Assembly (NCBI RefSeq): GCF_009834535.1
Contig: NC_045697.1
Coordinates: 28,708,001-28,772,000 of the forward strand
DNA from: Camelus ferus
Taxonomy: Eukaryota
Direction: 5' to 3'
Length of the DNA: 64,000 nt
The notes below the pieces were generated by a model. That model searched no databases and was not told the origin of the DNA. It worked only from the letters and a program-made list of their open reading frames with translations. The position numbers were made by a program, and so were the translations under genes. Positions 1-12,519 of the stretch are shown here, one piece after another; position 1 is the stretch's first letter; the number at the start of each line of letters is the position of its first letter.

Positions 1-60
1 CCTGTTTTCTTTACACATTCAAGAAAAAAAATAAGGATACTCACACGTACTGTGCATCCC

Positions 61-312
61 AGTGTTTGTCATGTGTATGTAATACCATAGAATTACTATT
101 TATTTACATCTTAAAGGGCAGTGCAGGGGGCCTTCTATTAGGCCATACATAAAATTTCACTCGATCTTATTCATTTAACAATCCTATGACACTGACAATA
201 TTTAGAGATGAAGAAAATGAGGCTCAAAAATAGTGAGTAACTTACTAAAGGTCACACTGATAGTAACTGTTACAGCTGAAATTCAAACCTAGGACTGCCT
301 CAAATGCTGAAT
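61..312 (+). repeat. Diverged direct repeat copy A1 (paralog of 2208-2441); includes a MIR fragment
   Basis: Collinear blocks agtgtttgtcat, taaaggg(c/t)agtgcaggg, atgaggctcaaa, acttactaaagg, aatgctgaat shared with 2208-2441. Confidence 0.8.
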
Positions 313-1051
313 TAACAACCTTCATGGAAAATCTTAAAATTTGGGAACAATTATCATAGGAAGGTTCTAGAGGATAAAATAACAAGCAGAGCTGAAGCTA
401 TGGTAAATAAGTGGTCCTTTTCTAGAATCAAGGTGTGGAAACTCAAAACTTGAAGTCTAAAGAAAAAGCAAATCTATATAGCACAGATCTCAATACCATT
501 GCTCACCCTCTCACTACAGCATCATGCATAGTCGTTTTACTCCACAGTATGTATCTATTCATATTTCTTGTTTAAAGTATTTTTGCTAAAAATGTTCAGG
601 ATTGGAACTAAGGCAAAGGGGGAGAAAACTATCAGAATCTCCATTCTTACTAAGTAATGTTCACCTCTTAAGAAGTAGGAAGCTACTGTCATTTAGAAAA
701 GAGGTGATGGTAAATACACATTAGTAGGAGACAGAGAAGGGACTCCCAAAGATGGAATAAAAGCCACAAAGAATGACAGAAACTAATTTTATGTTTATAT
801 ATTTCTTCTCCTTCAGAATGAAACTATTAGGTAAAAAGGAATGTGGATATTAAAGCATACGTGTAACTAATATCAAAAGCCCTTGCAGAAAAGGACAAAA
901 TGATACAGATGTTCTGAAAAACAGCAAAAACTATTCTAACAGTGGTTGTTTTCCTGAGCATTTAAGGCTGTTGTTAAGTCCTACTTTACACAAGAGAATA
1001 CATAGATTAAAAAATGTGCTTAGAATATACAACGTTAAGAGCTAAGAGAGA

Positions 1052-1220
1052 AATGACTGTGAAACTATTTACCATAGAAAATGAAGTTAAAAATGTGAAG
1101 AGTAGAAATTTTTTCTTCTAGAACAGAGTTCTATTAGCCATTTTGTGGCCCATTACTTAAACATCCTCAGAATAACCTCCCCTCCAAAAAGGCATCATTA
1201 TCTTGCTCTTTCCAGTGCAA
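1052..1220 (+). repeat. Diverged direct repeat copy B1 (paralog of about 3832-3980)
   Basis: Exact 21-mer taaaaatgtgaagagtagaaa at 1088 and 3867, plus agttctattagc and tttgtggccca. Confidence 0.85.
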
Positions 1221-1564
1221 GCACAGTCAGTCCTCATCTCTACTTTCCTGGTTCCTAAAATCAGAAGCACTGATTGGCTGCATTGCAGGACTGCAGTATT
1301 CATCCTGAGGTGTTCTGGTTACATCTGTTTTGCATATACTTTTTGGATTTGGAAACTCTTAGATATTTCTGGTCTGGCAAACAGCAGGAATTCACATTAC
1401 TGCCATTTTTCAAACTTAAGCCCAAGTCCTACTTTTTTCTCAGACCAAATAATACCACTTGATTGTTTGTTCTCAAGGTCCGTATTTCTTGAGCAGTACT
1501 CTAGCAATACAGTACAGCTTGTGCTGGTTCTTGCAAACAATGATGGAATGTATAGAAAGAACAC

Positions 1565-1735
1565 TATCGTGGGTCTATGAGATCTGGACTCTACCTGCAG
1601 CTCAGCCACTATAACTAGCTGTGAAACACTGAATGAGAAACTTCACCTTCTTAAAATTCAATTTCCTTATCTGTAAAATAAAGTGGTTAAGTCAATTATC
1701 TCTAGGGTATTTTCAAGCTATTTCATTCTATGATC
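1565..1735. mobile_element. MIR SINE fragment
   Basis: MIR core-like sequence (ctcagccact...agctgtga...tttccttatctgtaaaat...ttctatgat). Confidence 0.65.
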
Positions 1736-2922
1736 CAACTTATAATAATAGATGCCCTGTAGGACATAGTATTCTGAAACTAGAATTCTAAATGCCAAAT
1801 ATGTAAATGAAATCTTTAAACGTTCTCAGCAAACCACCCAGCTCAGAAATGCAAAGACTGAGGTAGTCTGAGTAGTTGGCACATCCACATCCCTAGGTCC
1901 AAAGGAAGAGCCCACTGCTCCCTTCCCTAACATGTTTCCCCCCAACTTCATCCTAATTACTACTCGTTTTAGACCCACTTAGAGATCCTATATTCCTGCC
2001 AGGCCTGTATCCCTACTAGATTGAAAAAACAAAAACAAAAAACCTACTCCATGCTCCCAGAAGACTTGTATATATATATTATAGTCTTTATCCCTTATCA
2101 CATATTTAAATAATTATCCCACTCTAATTCTTTCCAGAACAAAGTTAGACAGAAATAACAAATGATTTTCTTTCTCTTATTCATCTCTGTAAGCTGGGTC
2201 CAAGCATAGTGTTTGTCATATATGTGTAATAGCATAGAAATACAATTCACTTAAATCCTAAAGGGTAGTGCAGGGTCAAATATCTGTATCTATATATATC
2301 TCCTCTTAACAACCCTGCGAGGTTGTTAACACTTACAGACAATAAACATGAGGCTCAAAGATACTGAAGAACTTACTAAAGGTTACACTGGTAGTAACTG
2401 ATATGAATGAAATTAGAGAACTGTCTCATAAAATGCTGAATAAATGAATGAAGTTTTCCTTCCAGATGCTGTCAACAATTCTAGTTTTCTATACAATAAA
2501 TAGTTTACAAACATAATGAAGACAAAAGCCTAGATAGGAATTATCTATAAATGCACATATGGCAATGTAACTATTGCTGATTTACCAACAAGGGTTTTTT
2601 CTGTGCTAATGCATGGGAGAAGAAAATACATACACACACAAGCCTTTAGAAAATTCTTATTTACCTAATGAGTGTCTACTAAATACACAGCATTTTATCT
2701 TGCTCAATTCCTAGGACCACTTAATGTTTTTCCTGCAATTTGGCTGATGAGTGGTAAGTAAAGAGAACTAAGTTGAGCACAGATCTATTTGTAGGTAATT
2801 CAGAGCTCATAATATTGTTAAACTCATACAAATAAAATAATCTATGTATAGCAGGCTTTAATGAAATAAAAGCTTCTATAAGCAAAGCTAGGAGAACAAA
2901 TGTGGAAGTATAATTTACTAAC

Positions 2923-3062
2923 CACACAAACATCTGCCTGTTTGCATGAACAGGTCGGGCTGATTAACAACTCCAACTGAGACCGCAGTTTCTCATCATC
3001 CCCAAGAACCTGGTTAAATTTCTTCACAAAATCTTGTGCTTTCCCAGGGTCAGGCAAATTCT
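2923..3062 (-). CDS. PDS5A: PDS5A exon 16 (140 nt): (K)[46 protein letters not shown]
   Basis: Overlaps ORF 2842..3057(-). ttatag|AG acceptor, GTG|gttagt donor. Confidence 0.96.
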
Positions 3063-3299
3063 CTATAAAATTAAAAAAGAATCAATATTACAAAAGAAAG
3101 ACTACTCTACTAAACTAAAAGCAAGCTGTCTTAAAAAATAATTTTAAGCCATCAAAAGATAATCAGCCTATCTGGTTCTTAGAAATAAAATTAATAAGGG
3201 AAGAATTATTTTTGTCTTACTTAGTATTAAATTGATAGTTTCACCGGGTAAATTATTTGATGTTTATTATGTATCTATGGAGCCAACAAACATACTCAC

Positions 3300-3348
3300 T
3301 TGCTATGGTCATCAGTTTTCCAAACATGGCGGAACAGTTAGCCTCTGA
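3300..3348 (-). CDS. PDS5A: PDS5A exon 15 (49 nt): SEANCSAMFGKLMTIA(K)
   Basis: tttcag|TCA acceptor, A|gtgagt donor. Confidence 0.96.
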
Positions 3349-3429
3349 CTGAAATTTAAAATAAAAATAAAAGAAGTCATATGTGCTAATAAATTTCTTT
3401 AAGAAAATTTATACACAGTATTGGATATT

Positions 3430-3583
3430 TTCTATTTTTAATTAATTAAATTGTTTTTGGTGGGGGAGGTAATTAGGTTTATTTATTTATTTATTTATTC
3501 TTAGAGGAAGTACTGGGGATTGAACCCAGGACCTCATGCATGATAATCATGTGCTCTACCACTTGAGTTATACCTTTCCCACC
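3430..3583 (-). mobile_element. tRNA-derived SINE (camelid vic-1-like)
   Basis: Minus strand reads ...tataactcaagtggtagagcac...gggttcaatccccagtac (A/B boxes), then taaacctaattacctcccc; TSD tggatatt at 3422-3429 and 3584-3591. Confidence 0.88.
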
Positions 3584-4029
3584 TGGATATTAAAAAAAAA
3601 AAAAAAAAAAAATCCATCACAATCTACCCACTAGAACAGTGCTTACCATATCTACACCCTATGTTGATAATGAAGTACGGAGTAGCAACAACTATTAAGT
3701 TAGCACAAATGCAGGAAAGGAGACGTCAGAAGAAAGGTATTTAAAAATTTTAAAAAGAATATACAACTTTCCTAGGAAAATAATCTTGCCAGAAGATCGA
3801 ACAGAAGATAATGAAAATAATTATCATATCAAAATTACTGTGAAACCATACACCAAAGAAATAAACTAAAAATGTGAAGAGTAGAAAAATTTTCTTTCTG
3901 AATAAAGTTCTATTAGCTACTTTGTGGCCCAAATGTTAAAATCATCACCTCCCTTCTTACTTCACTTTCCTCCATTGCAATGAAGTTTTATTTTATTATT
4001 TAATTTGTATGAAATCTCAGTAATTGGGA

Positions 4030-4206
4030 TCTGCTGTTTTTGTTAAAAGTTTTGTTGGATCAGTCATGTCCATTTATCTGCATACTATCTATGACTGCTT
4101 CTATACCACAAAGGCAGAGTCAAGTAGTTCACCAGAGAGTGTATGGCTGGCAAAGCCTACATTTTTATTAACTGGTCGATTACAAAAAAAGGTTCGAAAA
4201 CCCTTG
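4030..4206 (+). mobile_element. MER58A-like hAT-Charlie MITE
   Basis: Matches recalled consensus (ctgtttttgt...ggcagagt..agtagtt...tatggc..gcaaagcct...). Confidence 0.7.
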
Positions 4207-4747
4207 TTTTAGCATCCATGGGCACTGAGGAGTCTCTGTCTATGGTTCCCTGGCTAAGAACATCTATTCTAGCAAATATATTCAGAAATATACTAAGAGA
4301 TTATTCAAGTTTCTTTCCCTCATGTTCCAGAAAACATTGGGCAGAATTTGTTAATTTGATTTGGCATATTTATAGGATTGATACCAATCATGACACTGAC
4401 TACAGCTAAGGACCAAAAATCACAGAGCAAAAATATATTATGACTTCTAATGTAATTTTATCTTGAGGTTTAATTCTAATTTGAAAATTGATAAACTATG
4501 TATAAATTCCTAGTGTCTAAATGCTTGATAAACTAGAAAACACCATTTCCTTGTTCATGCTGGAAAGTAAGATTTTGTTATACTCATGTGAAATGGAAAT
4601 TTAGCTTGGGTAACTACAGAAATTGTTTAACTGACATTCAGAAAATAAAACACTTGAGATACTTTTTGCCTACTTGATTATATATAACTTCAGAAAAACT
4701 AACAATGACTATAACAAACCATAAATTTAAACAAATCATGAACCTAC

Positions 4748-4829
4748 TGTAGGCTGCTTGTGTAAATCCAATAGTTCTCGTACATGACTTCTAAGCATGT
4801 TCTGACACTTCCACATTTCATTGAGAGCT
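4748..4829 (-). CDS. PDS5A: PDS5A exon 14 (82 nt): (K)[27 protein letters not shown]
   Basis: ttacag|A acceptor, ACA|gtaggt donor. Confidence 0.97.
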
Positions 4830-5629
4830 CTGTAAATAGTTATAAACATGAAAAAAAATAACAATACTGGTAACTATTCAACCTTACTACTTATTGCACA
4901 GAGTAGATACATCATTCTACATCTACATAAAATTTTAAGCACCAGAAAATTTATTTATTAGGATTAAGATAGTTCAGTTTGAAATAGTAAATATAAGGCT
5001 TCTTATGAGAGAAAATATTTGAGATGTTTAGAAGGATGGATAAGATCTTGTGAGGTAAATGAGGAATTGAAAGACATTCCAAGCAGAGGTAGCTAGAACG
5101 TTCTGGTACTAAAAAAAGATAAAATGTCATAGAAGTGCATGGAACATACAGGAAAGTTAAAAATATTTTTTATAGGCTAGGAGCACACAGTGTGAGTAGG
5201 AGAGCATCAGGAAGCTGAAACATACTATAGAAAGGATCAGATCATCTAAGACCTTTTTATGCCAGGCTATGGGGGTATGCATGAAGGAACGTGGACCATT
5301 TCAAAAAAACAAGTTTCACAGAAATGATGCAGATTCAAGATGCCAAATTTAAATTGAATTTGTTTATTCTAGACTCTTCTCTCCATGAAAGCAGATTTTC
5401 TTTTCTCACAAACTCTCTTCATAGTTTCAGGTGCCCAGAGGACTTCTGGGAAACAAGTTTATCTCTGAGTATTCTTTGCCAAATATTTTGAAATATAAAT
5501 AGAGACCAAGACCTTAAGCCAAAGGTTTACTACCTATAGTGAACATTAGGATCCATTTACAAATCCTTTTTTTTTAAAAAATGATGGCTAAAGCCTCCTA
5601 ATATACTGCAACAAGGATATGTTACTCTA

Positions 5630-6160
5630 TGAAACTTCTGCTGAAAATGCATAATCTCAATCTAATAATAAGGAAATACTAGATGAACCCCAAATGAGAG
5701 AACATTCTACAGATGCAATACTCTTCTGAAAAATGTCAAAGTCATAAAGACAAAGACTGATAATGGTTCTAAATTAAAAGAGACTAGAGACAATGACAAA
5801 TATGCAATGTGTTACAAAAAGGAGAAAAAAAAATCCGTAAAGGACATTTGGACAATTGAGGAAATTTGAATACACACCGGATTAGACAATAATACTGTTA
5901 TCAATATTGTATCTCCTGATTTTGATTAGGGTACTCTAGTGATATTAGAGAACATCCTTGTTCTTAGCAAATATAAACCGAAGTGTATTAGAGACAAAGG
6001 GATCCAATGGTTCAGAAGAAAATATGTATACAGAAATAAAGTATGTGCAAATGGTAAATGATAAAGCAAGTGGTCAAAAATGATGAAACTTGTTAAAGGG
6101 GATATCATAAAGCTTTGTGTTATTCCTGCAACTTTTCCATAAATTTGAATTTATATGAAA
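5630..6160 (+). mobile_element. Old L1 (L1MC/ME-type) 3' end
   Basis: Motifs aaatgtcaaagtcataaagac, aaggacattt, catccttgttcttag, ttcctgcaacttttc. Confidence 0.6.
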
Positions 6161-6321
6161 ATTGTAGATTTATATATATAATTGTGAACTTATAAATGTA
6201 TATATATAAATCTACACACACACACACATACGTTATATATGTAATGGCTGAGATTCTTATTCAAAAGAATCAGAATTCTCAATGACAGGACTGACTTACT
6301 TTTTAAAAAGCTTTATTAAAG

Positions 6322-6448
6322 TGCAATGTCCACACATTCTATGTGGCCTGGGGTAAAGTTTATGTTGGTTGTCTTGACAAAATTATTAATACTGCCTCCT
6401 TTCAGTCTAAAAAATATCTGTTTGGACATCAATCATATAGTTACCCTA
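6322..6448 (-). mobile_element. MER94-like hAT-Blackjack MITE
   Basis: aattattaatactgcctcctttcagtct...tttggacat...atatagttacccta resembles the MER94 reverse complement. Confidence 0.55.
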
Positions 6449-6819
6449 CCTTGAAGTGACCTGGATATGCGCTCCTGACAAAGAACCAGGACTTAATTCT
6501 TAGGCTTAGTATGGGAGAGCTCCAATAGTGTAATCTAGATGGCAGTCAACAGGTGGCCAAAAGATAATTTTGACATAAGGTTCACTGAATCCCTGAAACC
6601 ACATTACTGGCTCAGTGGACAAATACGTCTATGAATACAGGACTATTTTTGCCTTTAACTTACCTGAATTTTTATCATAAAAATTTTCTCTATAAATATT
6701 TACCTGGGGTTTTTGATTCAACTAGAATAAGCAACAACCCTATCAACGACAATTAGTAAGATGAAATAATTTTATAAAATCTCCAAGAAATACTCTAAAT
6801 CATTTAAAAAGTAACTTAC

Positions 6820-6933
6820 TTGACAGCATTTGGATCCAAACTAGCATATAAATAATACAAGCACTTCATTCTCTCTTCTGTTTCCAGGTTGTGGGGGACA
6901 AGATACTGAGCAAAGATTTTCTCTACCAACAGT
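6820..6933 (-). CDS. PDS5A: PDS5A exon 13 (114 nt): (K)[37 protein letters not shown](K)
   Basis: tcatag|A acceptor, AA|gtaagt donor. Confidence 0.97.
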
Positions 6934-7889
6934 CTATGAAGCAAACAAAAAACCCCAAGTAATAAAATCATTCCATTTTTAGAAGCAATAGCCATTCTGT
7001 ATTTTAACCACTTTATGCAAAGTTACCATACCAATAGTTACACCTGTGTGTGCAAACACAGTGGAAAAGATCAGTATGTGATCAAGGCCTTTCCTTGCAA
7101 GTATGGTTATTTTTCAGTTTAGAGCTATGATTGCTATTTCTGGCTACACTTTTTAATTTGTCAGTATGAAACATTTGTTCTAAAAGGGTTATATGTTTTT
7201 CCTAAACATGGGGTGACAGGCTGTTCCATCTATTCTTCATCAGTCTGCAGCTATACTGAATTGCTTAACACTACATATAAGGCTATGATCTCAAGAACAG
7301 CTAATTCTCAAAAAACAAACAAACAAACAAAAAAAAACCCACCCACCAAAAAGCCCATTAATTTCCTCTAATTACACTGGCTCCTTTCCTATGTTGTCAC
7401 TGAGTACAAAAAGGGGGAATCTCTCTTGAACTTCCTGAAATTTTAGCTTTTCCTATGCACATTTGATCTCCTTTCTACTTTCTAAATTCCTTACAATATT
7501 GGAATATCCTTCTTGCTAAGTTTATATTTATTTATTCAATATCACTGGAATAAGAAAATACAAAAGCTCTTCATTAGTCAGTGAAATACATATCCAATGA
7601 TGCCAAAGTAGTCTAATTCAATAAAACACTGCAAAGTATTTTGCAAAAAACCAAAATCATTATTGTAATCCAATACAGAATTGTAAGCAACATTCACAAA
7701 ATGAAAACAATGTAAGTTCTCATCTCAAGAAAAAAAAAGTATTTTGTAACTAAGTATGGGTACAGATGTTAAACAGTCTTACTGTGGCCATCATTTCACA
7801 ATATATACAAATATAGGATCATTATGTCAATTAAAAAAAAAGCACAGTAACACCTCTAATGGTTCTTACAGTGTTGTAAGAAGGAAAAA

Positions 7890-8130
7890 TAACTAGTATT
7901 AAATAGTGCTGTATTGCTAGGCAGTGGGCTAAGGGTCTTTACATTCATTATTTTCTTTAATCCACATGATAATTCCGTAAGGAAGGCTTTATTATTACTC
8001 ATTTTTAGATAAAATCAAGTGCATAAAAAAGCTAAAGCAGTTGTGCAAGAGCTAACATACAGTAAGGGGCAGAATGAACATTTGGTCTCTAGTCTCAGTA
8101 CAAATCTCATGACTATTTCACTTTTATTAT
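7890..8130. mobile_element. MIR SINE fragment
   Basis: tgctaggcagtgggctaag...tttaatccacatgataattcc...attattactcatttttagat. Confidence 0.6.
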
Positions 8131-8298
8131 GCTAACTTACAATCCTGGCTAGAGTTTTATTTAAACATGATATGTGTAAATATGCAGAAAGTGATTTCTA
8201 AACTTAGAAACAAATCATTGTGAAAAAAATTAAATAGAACTTATATTTAAAAAATTAAAAGCACTTTTAAATTCATTTTACCAACATATTAGACTCAC

Positions 8299-8450
8299 TT
8301 GTCATCGATGCTATTCTGATAATATATATGCAAAAGTTTGTCCTTTATCCAGCTGACTTTCTCTGCAGCTTCCTTTCCCGCTTCGCCATGAAGACAGTAT
8401 TTCTTATAAAGTTGAGCCAGACCCATCATAGCTTCTTTTCTTACTCGCCA
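8299..8450 (-). CDS. PDS5A: PDS5A exon 12 (152 nt): [50 protein letters not shown](K)
   Basis: ttctag|TGG acceptor, AA|gtgagt donor. Confidence 0.97.
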
Positions 8451-10483
8451 CTAGAAAATATAAAGTTTTTTTGGATGAGCTAGATAGCAAACTTCAAAAT
8501 ACTGCAAAATTTGCCACTTCTTTCACTAGGTTGCACAATCAAATTTCTTTATGTATAAATTGGCACAATGTTTATTTTTATAAGAGGCAGACAAACTGCT
8601 GTACCAATCATTTTGAGTATGTTCCTATTTAGAAAACAGACTATTTTCTGAAATTATCCAATGCAAATACTGCTAAATCATCTATTAATTTTTTATTTCC
8701 TTCAAAGCCAAGCAACAGTAAATAAATCTTACAGAAGATTTCATTAGATTCTGCCTAAAAAAATTTTGGTCAAGCTTTAGAAGTGATTAAAAGATAAAAG
8801 AGAAAGTGTATAATTTACTCTGCAAACAAAGGCCCTATCATCTGGAATGTTTTATCCTAGTTATATCCCTTCTGATATTAACTCAGGACATGAAGAACAA
8901 AATTTAGTATCACGATCCTAGAATTACAAAGTTGGAAAGCACCTTAGTGATTATCTTAGGTGATTTTTCCTACTTTGCAGATTAAAAGGGCAAAAGATTT
9001 ACCTAGTCACATCCTAGTCAGTTAAAGATTCTTTTGGACTTAAAGAGACTGGGATGATTTACTAAGAGGAAAGAAAGGTGGTGACAAGAGGGTAGACAGA
9101 AAAGGAGACTACAAAAATCTAGAGTTAAAACAAAGATAGTATGATGGAATAAAAACAATAACCAAAAAAAGACTTGTCTCAATGACAAATCAATACTATC
9201 TTTGGTTTATTTAATACTTTCTTATAATTTTTTTTCTAAAATTTTCTCATTTGGGGGCTATTTAGTAGATGGTATAAAACTCTGTTCCTGTAACAGGTAA
9301 CACAGATGCCTTTTGACATTTCTTACATGAAACTAAAGAATGTAAGCAGTGAAACCAAAGATTAAGTCCTGTTCCCACATTTTACAGAAAACAAGTTTTA
9401 GAAAGGCTATACTCAAGGTCATTTAATTCATTACACTAAATCCACGTCCTTAAATGTCCAGTAGGTGCTATCAGACCGTAACATACTGTTATCAAGAATC
9501 AGTTACTCAACTCTTCCTAAAACTTTAAACACTGACAGAAGTAGGAGTGAAACGTTTCTAAAAGGAGGCAATAATACAAATGGCAATACCTGAAATCTGG
9601 TGTGTATAGGGGGAAGGGGATGTGGGCAGTTAACCTAACCAGTAGGGAGTGTCATTCCATTTAAATTTAAGCCAAGGGAAAAAACTCTTCAGAGATAGAA
9701 TTACTGACATAGTTGAATAAGTTAAATGATGTACACTTTATCTATTTGCCTTCTGTGACTATTTTGAAAGAATTTAAAGAATACATCTTGCTGTATTTCA
9801 TAACCAAGAGATACTGCATAAGTAACATGTTTAATCAGCCTGTCTTGCCTATCTGTCTGTTATTTATGGCTGAATTTATAGTTGATACTATTGCTCAGCA
9901 ACTGCTATAACTGCTAAGAACTGTTGTTCTTAGTACTACTTCTTTATCAACCCACACTTTTAACTGCATTCACTTGGAGGAAATCACACAAAAAGTAATA
10001 ACTAAACATAAACCATCATTTCAGACCTAAGTTTAGCACAGCAATATGGAAACATCACTTTCATAGGAAGTATGATATTCTTTTAGTTCAATGAATCCAG
10101 CTAAGTTATATAAGACAGTTACTTTTGAAAATGCTAACTATAAGAAATAAATGCAGGTGATCAATCATTATTCTTTTGAAACTCATCATGTAAGTGAAAA
10201 GATAAACTATAACTTTAATTTAGCCGTCCTTTTTGTAAAAGTAAGCTAAAAGACAAACCCATACCTAAGATCTGAAAAGCCATAGAATCCAAATACATTC
10301 ATTTGTAAAGATAATTAAAAGATATGCAGAAAACATACAAATTATTAGCTCTTTAACACTTTATTAACTTGACTTTCACACAGAAAAACGTTAAATACAA
10401 TAGATTGTAATTTCTATTGTATTTTGCTAACAATGTAATTAAGCACAGTAAATTACAAAGGAATAAAATTACTCAGATTTTAC

Positions 10484-10629
10484 CCGTTTGTCCAGTGTTC
10501 TTTCCCTTACAAAGCCAAGTAGCTGATCATTTACTAAGGCAAGGTCTCTTTTGGCAGCTGTTATTATAGTAACAATGACATCATGACGAATAGCTTCTTC
10601 TGGATCATGTGATCTAACTTTCAAATATT
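10484..10629 (-). CDS. PDS5A: PDS5A exon 11 (146 nt): (E)[48 protein letters not shown]
   Basis: ttatag|AA acceptor, CGG|gtaaaa donor. Confidence 0.97.
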
Positions 10630-10863
10630 CTATAATGAAAGAAAAAAATTAAGCTAAATGTTGGCTATAATATTTGTTATGTACAGAATGACCAAAGAAA
10701 CCCAAAACAAACTAATGCTTTTAATCTTATGTCCATACTGAAACAACTGTGAAATGAGGCATAAATGAAAATTATTTTAGAGGTGGAAATACACTATCGA
10801 ATCACAAAATAAACTAAATAAACTATATACCACACTGTTTGTTTTTTGCTTCAAAGTCACATC

Positions 10864-11129
10864 TTTTTTTTTCATTTGTCTCAAAGTTTTTTTTTTTTTA
10901 ATTGAGTTATAGTTAGTTTACAATTTCTGGTGTACAGCACAATTTTTCAGTCATACATGAATATACATATATTCACTTTCATATTCTTTTTCACCATGAG
11001 CTACTACAAGATCTTATATATATTTCCCTGTGTTATACAGTATAAACTTGTTTATCTACTCTATATATACCTGTCAGTATCTACAAATCTCAAACTCCCA
11101 GTCTGTCCCTTCCAACCCTCCTCCCCCCA
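10864..11129 (-). mobile_element. Young camelid-type L1 3' UTR fragment with a short 3' tag
   Basis: attgagttatagttagtttacaat...gagctactacaagatctt; TSD acatctt at 10859-10865 and 11130-11136. Confidence 0.8.
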
Positions 11130-11800
11130 ACATCTTAATAAATATTTTATATCAACTATTCTGGAAAAACCAAATCACAACAAAGTTACTGATTAGTTTA
11201 GAATTTACGTTAACAATACAAACTAAAAGATTTAAAAGAAAAATAGTAAAAATGCCGTTAGCAAATTTGCTAATAAGTATGTATCTGTATATGGCACAAA
11301 ATAGTAACATTCTATGACCTCTAAAGAAAATCCCTAAATAATTATGATAACAAAATAAAAAAAGTTATTTCCTCTTTTTTGGTAAAGAGCATTTTGATAC
11401 TGACTGTTTGTTACTACCAAATAAGTAGGTTCAAATGCTCTGTGTTCACATGAAGAACAAGAAATTCCAGTCTAGTTCAGAAGATCATCACTTTCCTATT
11501 TACTATTAGGTTTGTTACTATATTGAATTATTACACAGATATAATGATTTGTGCCAAAATCCAATGTCATAAGAAGAGTCTACTTCCTCAAATTATGATT
11601 TCCAAAAAACTCCAAAGGATTAAAATATGAAAATTTCAAATGTAATTTTACAGTATAAACATGAAATCATTTACTAGTCTATGACAGATACAGACTTGAA
11701 ATAGTGCCAGAGTTAAATCTATTCAGAAACGGAAGTCAAAGGTCACATCTGAAATATATTTGTGAGTACTCTCTTATTTGTAATAAACCAGGTCGCTTAC

Positions 11801-11895
11801 CTGTGAGGTCTTTTGCTAAATCTGGGTGATTCATTAAACAGTGACTGGCAAATTTCACACTTTCTAATCTGACAGGAACATGAATGTCATTAAAC
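11801..11895 (-). CDS. PDS5A: PDS5A exon 10 (95 nt): (R)[31 protein letters not shown](E)
   Basis: Within ORF 11736..11930(-). tgtag|G acceptor, G|gtaagc donor (phase 1). Confidence 0.97.
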
Positions 11896-12519
11896 CTACA
11901 CAGAAAAAAATTGCTAAATATTAGTTGCAAGACAAAAAAATTATTTTCAAAAAAGATATATCTAACACTATGTAAATGCCTATAAACAGTTACTGATTAG
12001 AAAATGTGTTATTACGACAGTTAATATGTTCTGAAGGAAGAATATAAAGTAATAAAGATACATAATTTCACAAAAATATTTTAAAATTTTCACCATGCTA
12101 AAACAAAAAACAGTAAAAACACATCCCCCCTGTCCAAACTACCTACTTTGCAGAGACAAAAATTGAAGAGCTTAAAATTATACTACAAAACAAACAAAAA
12201 ATAAATACTCAAAATACAAAATCTTCTTGAAAAGGAAGTTTATAGGAGAAAAATACTAGGGGAATGTGAGGTAGAAAGCAAATCATATATAGAGGCAGAT
12301 CTAGAAATTCAAAGATGAGGTCATACATAAAATACATGTGCCATATTGCCTTAAAGCTTCCATATGGCTGGGACCAACTTGTAACTGCACTTTTAAAGGT
12401 CTAGTATATTGTAAGAATTCAATAAATATGAAACTCAGTATGTAGATTCAAAACCTGAGCAACTCTCAAATTTTGTTTATTACTGGGTAACTTAAAAACA
12501 TTTAATTATAAATAACATG

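Noticed and set aside
1203..1609. Overlapping ORFs of 125, 62 and 70 aa in intron 16
   Set aside because: Non-ATG or weak starts, no recognisable domain, no splice support, and the end overlaps a MIR; consistent with chance ORFs.
6530..6560. CTCF-like motifs (ctagatggcag, caacaggtggcc)
   Set aside because: Only partial matches lacking the 5' CC core; cannot be supported without ChIP data.
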